Source of the DNA: an uncultured Phycisphaerales bacterium
Lineage (GTDB): Bacteria; Planctomycetota; Phycisphaerae; Tepidisphaerales; Tepidisphaeraceae
Length of the DNA stretch: 64,000 bases
Direction: 5' to 3'
Assembly (NCBI GenBank): GCA_963755915.1
Contig: CAVWLP010000002.1
Coordinates: forward strand, 448,001 to 512,000
Of the stretch, positions 60,763 through 64,000 are shown one piece after another (the first letter of the stretch is position 1; each line of letters opens with the position of its first letter). The position numbers and the translations under genes were made by a program. A model generated the notes under the pieces. The model saw only the letters and a program-made list of their open reading frames with translations. It was not told the DNA's origin and did not search any database.

Positions 60763-61563
60763 TCAGTCTTTCCTGAGCCCCTCCCGATACCGCCCATTCG
60801 GCGACTGCCCCCGCCGCCGAAGGAATTCCACCATCGTCTTCACCCGCGGGTTGAGCCCGTTCATCGTATCGAATTCCGCCATCGCCCTCGCCAGCGGACG
60901 TCGCTTATAAAACAGCCGCCGGCACGCAAGCTCCAGCTCCGCAATCTCCTCCTCTGAGAACCCCGCTCGAAGCAACCCCACCGTGTTGATCCCGCGCACC
61001 TTGTCCGCCCCGTCCACCTTCACATACGGCGGAACATCGTGGTGAATCCGCGCCGCCCCGCCGACATACGCATATTCGCCGATCGTCACGAAATGATGCA
61101 CCCCCGCGCCCCCCATCATGTTGACATGGCTCGCGCACGCAACGTGCCCCGCAATCATCACGTTATTCGCCAGAATGCATTCATCCGCAAACTGCGCATC
61201 GTGCCCGATGTGGCTGTTGGCCATGAACAGGTTGTTGTTCCCGATTCGCGTGCATTCATCGCCCCCCGCCGTGCCGATGTGAACGGTAACCCCCTCGCGA
61301 AAGATATTCCCTTGCCCGATCTCCAGCCGCGTCGGCTCGCCCCGGTATTTCTTATCCTGCGGCGCATCCCCAATCACCGCGTTGGGATGAAAAATATTGT
61401 CCCGCCCGATCTTCGTGCGCCCCACCACCACCACATGACTCAGCAGCCGGCACCCCTGCTCCAGCACCACGTCCCCACCCACGCGGCAAAACGGCCCAAT
61501 CTCCACATCCGAAGCGATGCACGCCTTCGGATCCACGCAACTCATCGGGGAAATCTTCGGCAT
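60763..61563 (-). CDS. lpxA: Acyl-ACP--UDP-N-acetylglucosamine O-acyltransferase
   Basis: Hexapeptide repeats, PQDKKY, IFREGVTVH, NSHIGHD, AGHV and GINTVGLLRAGF. Confidence 0.96.
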   Translation of the reverse strand: MPKISPMSCVDPKACIASDVEIGPFCRVGGDVVLEQGCRLLSHVVVVGRTKIGRDNIFHPNAVIGDAPQDKKYRGEPTRLEIGQGNIFREGVTVHIGTAGGDECTRIGNNNLFMANSHIGHDAQFADECILANNVMIAGHVACASHVNMMGGAGVHHFVTIGEYAYVGGAARIHHDVPPYVKVDGADKVRGINTVGLLRAGFSEEEIAELELACRRLFYKRRPLARAMAEFDTMNGLNPRVKTMVEFLRRRGQSPNGRYREGLRKD

Positions 61564-61597
61564 ATTCAGATCGCCCGCATTTCACCCGCAACTCGCA

Positions 61598-62055
61598 TCA
61601 AATCGGCTCCGCATCCACCAGCATGAACTTGATGTCCGCCTCCGCCGCCAGCTTCTCCCCAACGAATGCCTTGCAGCGAACGTGTCCCGTGCGGCTCTTC
61701 ACCCGCACGGTGACCGCCTCCAGCAACAAGCTGATCGCCCGGCACCACCGGGTGCCGCATCTTCACCTTGTCCATGCTCAGCAGCACCGCCAGCTTGCCG
61801 GTGTGCTCCAGCTTCTGGCTCAGCAGTATTCCGCCCAAGCTGTCCCATCGCCTCGACGATCAAAACGCCCGGCATGATCGGCGTCCCGGGATAATGCCCC
61901 TGGAAAAAAATATCGTTAAACGTGACGTTCTTGATCCCGATCGCCTTCTGATCCCCCTGAATCTCCAGCACGCGGTCCACCAGCAGCATCGGATACCGGT
62001 GCGGCAAAATCCGCTGGATTCGCCGGATGTCCAGCGCCGCGTCCCGATGGACCAT
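61598..62055 (-). CDS. fabZ: 3-hydroxyacyl-ACP dehydratase domain (two frameshifts; probably fused to LpxC)
   Basis: [47 protein letters not shown]; ends [15 protein letters not shown]. Confidence 0.88.
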
Positions 62056-62929
62056 CGAGGTGCGCGCCAGATCTCTCCTCCTGCTGCAACAGCCGCCGCA
62101 CCAGCATGTGATTCAGCTCATGCCCGCTCTTATGCGCCACCAGCCGTCCGTACACCGGCCGGCCCAGCAGATATAAATCGCCGATCAAATCCAGCACCTT
62201 GTGCCGCACGCATTCATCGTCAAACCGATATTCGTTGTCGATCGGCCCCTTGGGCGAAATCACCAGCAGATCGTGCGGCGTCAGATGCACTCCCATCCCC
62301 CGCGCCTGAAGCTCCTGCGCCTCGTGCTCGAAAACCCATGTCCGCGCCGGCGCAATCTGGGTCGCAAAATCCGTCGAGCCTTCCCCGCGCAACGTACAGC
62401 GATATATCTGCCGTCCCAGCGGCTCACCCGCCTCGAATTCGTACAGAATCTCCAAATGATCGCTCGGCCCCGGAAGCGCCGCCAGCGCCGCATCCCCGAT
62501 CGACACCTGCTCCGCCTTGCGGATCACCAGCGGATTCAGCGCCTCCGGCTGCTCCACCAGCCCCGCCTCCTCCAGCAATTCCACAAACGGCCGGCTCGAT
62601 CCATCCCCCGCCGGCAGCTCGCCAACCGTTCCCCCGCTCACCTTTACGATCGCATTATCAACTCCCATCCCGCTCAGCGCCGCCATGCAATGCTCAACGG
62701 TTTCGACCAGCAGCGTCCCATTTTTCAAACACGTCCGCCGCGGCCGCTTGAGAACATTTTGCACCAGCGCCCGAATCGCCGCCGTCTTCCCATCCTGTTC
62801 GCGGACAAACGTAATCCCCTGCCCCGGCCCGGCCGGAGTAAGAGTCACCGTCGCCGCTTCACCGGAGAACAGTCCCCTTCCGGAAAGGCTCACTTCCCTT
62901 CCGATCGTCTTTTGCTGTACCTGCTGCAT
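61916..62929 (-). CDS. lpxC: UDP-3-O-acyl-GlcNAc deacetylase domain (likely N-half of bifunctional LpxC/FabZ)
   Basis: QKTI...[36 protein letters not shown] and KSGHELN. Confidence 0.94.
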   Translation of the reverse strand: MQQVQQKTIGREVSLSGRGLFSGEAATVTLTPAGPGQGITFVREQDGKTAAIRALVQNVLKRPRRTCLKNGTLLVETVEHCMAALSGMGVDNAIVKVSGGTVGELPAGDGSSRPFVELLEEAGLVEQPEALNPLVIRKAEQVSIGDAALAALPGPSDHLEILYEFEAGEPLGRQIYRCTLRGEGSTDFATQIAPARTWVFEHEAQELQARGMGVHLTPHDLLVISPKGPIDNEYRFDDECVRHKVLDLIGDLYLLGRPVYGRLVAHKSGHELNHMLVRRLLQQEERSGAHLDGPSGRGAGHPANPADFAAPVSDAAGGPRAGDSGGSEGDRDQERHV

Positions 62930-62962
62930 CAATTTAAACCTGACTTGCTTCGGACGCCCCCT

Positions 62963-63009
62963 TTTCTCCCCACCCCTGGTAATCCGGGGGGGGTAAGGGT
63001 GGGGGGGCT
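62963..63009 (-). repeat. REP-like hairpin element (diverged, minus strand)
   Basis: Reverse complement reads CCCCCCCACCCTTACCCCCCCCGGATTACCAGGGGTGGGGAGAAAA. Confidence 0.6.
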
Positions 63010-63153
63010 TCCTTTGCCGTGGAAAAATCCGCGGCGAAGCCCAACGCGCAATAAAACAGTATAGCCAACAGGAAACATGAAACTAGAGACCCGGTCCTCG
63101 AAAAGTAAGGGCATTTTCTAACACCCGACCTTCGAGGCCGGGATCAGAATCCT

Positions 63154-63208
63154 GTAGAAGCGGCGTCCCGCCGCTTTTCCCGCCAAAGCGGCGGGACGCC
63201 GCTTCTAC
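63154..63208. repeat. GTAG-type REP doublet, perfect 24-bp inverted repeat
   Basis: GTAGAAGCGGCGTCCCGCCGCTTT - 7 nt - AAAGCGGCGGGACGCCGCTTCTAC. Confidence 0.9.
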
Positions 63209-63258
63209 CAATCCCCCTTGCAAACAAAATCCAAATAGTCCACCGTTATCAGTCCCTT

Positions 63259-64000
63259 ATGAAACCAAGACTGATCTGTTTCCTGCTCGTCTGCGTGGCC
63301 GCTCTTTCCGCCCAAGCACAAACCACCCGCCCCATCCCCCAAATCCACAAGGTCCTGATCATCAGCGTCGACGGCCTCCGTCCCGACCTCGCACTCCGCG
63401 CCGAAACACCCAACATTCACTCCCTCTTCGCCTCCGGCAGCTTCTCCTTCTGGGCCAACACCACCGCCGAGTCCGTCACCCTCCCATCCCACACCAGCAT
63501 GCTCACCGGCGTACCGCCGGTAAAGCACGGCCTCCAATGGAACAGCGATCTCCCCCTCCTCCATCCCGTTTATCCGATGTTCCCCACGATCTTCGAGCTG
63601 CCTAAACGCGCTGGCTACACCACTGCCATGGTTGCGGGAAAGGCCAAGTTCATCAATATCGCGAAGCCAGGAACCCTCGATTGGGAATATGTTCCAGCCG
63701 AGTCGAAGATCGACGATCCAGACGTCACTGCCCAAGCCGTCGGGATCATTCTCAAACATTCTCCCGACGTCATGTTTGTCCATCTCCCCGGCGTCGATAA
63801 CGCGGGCCACGCTTTCGGTTGGTCCAGCCCCCAGCAGATGACCGCGATTGCATTGGCCGACCAGTGCATCGGTACGATCCTCGCCGCCATCGACATGCGA
63901 AATCTCCGCGGCCAGACCTTCATCCTCGTCACCTCCGACCACGGCGGCGCCGGCCTTTCCCACGGCCCCGACGACCCCCGAAGCCGGCACATCCCCTGGA
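63259..64000 (+). CDS. Alkaline phosphatase superfamily / nucleotide pyrophosphatase-phosphodiesterase, secreted (3' truncated; not in ORF track)
   Basis: Manual translation: MKPRLICFLLVCVAALSAQAQ...VLIISVDGLRPD...SVTLPSHTSMLTG...HLPGVDNAGH...VTSDHGG. Confidence 0.92.
   Translation, partial: MKPRLICFLLVCVAALSAQAQTTRPIPQIHKVLIISVDGLRPDLALRAETPNIHSLFASGSFSFWANTTAESVTLPSHTSMLTGVPPVKHGLQWNSDLPLLHPVYPMFPTIFELPKRAGYTTAMVAGKAKFINIAKPGTLDWEYVPAESKIDDPDVTAQAVGIILKHSPDVMFVHLPGVDNAGHAFGWSSPQQMTAIALADQCIGTILAAIDMRNLRGQTFILVTSDHGGAGLSHGPDDPRSRHIPW

Noticed and set aside
63205-63990. 261-aa minus-strand ORF in the ORF track
   Set aside because: Shadow of the plus-strand alkaline phosphatase family gene, which has clear motifs.

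Overview
GC-rich bacterial chromosomal window, most likely Planctomycetota of the Phycisphaerae/Tepidisphaerales type. This is inferred from a DUF4190/DUF1559-like protein, a PEP-CTERM protein, an APTTQP-type secreted N-terminus and the intergenic repeat style. Housekeeping genes include sucA-sucB, hisA, uvrC, gatB, radA, a pgl-type lactonase, lpxA and lpxC/fabZ. Accessory content: a methyltransferase/flavoprotein/type III PKS cluster, a GT-C glycosyltransferase plus flippase block, a TPR-GT41 transferase and a ~15 kb mosaic surface-glycan locus containing a sulfotransferase-GT4 fusion. About ten genes carry single-base indels, mostly in G/C homopolymers, consistent with long-read consensus errors. 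The most notable observations are: (1) an ASCH-domain gene translationally coupled to a class I glutamine amidotransferase homolog whose nucleophile Cys is replaced by Asp; (2) a reversal of strong strand G/C skew around 47-52 kb; (3) several families of palindromic intergenic elements, some nested in one another; (4) a small lower-GC island of unknown genes. No rRNA, tRNA, CRISPR array, integrase or transposase was recognised. All calls come from motif reading by eye; no database search was run.
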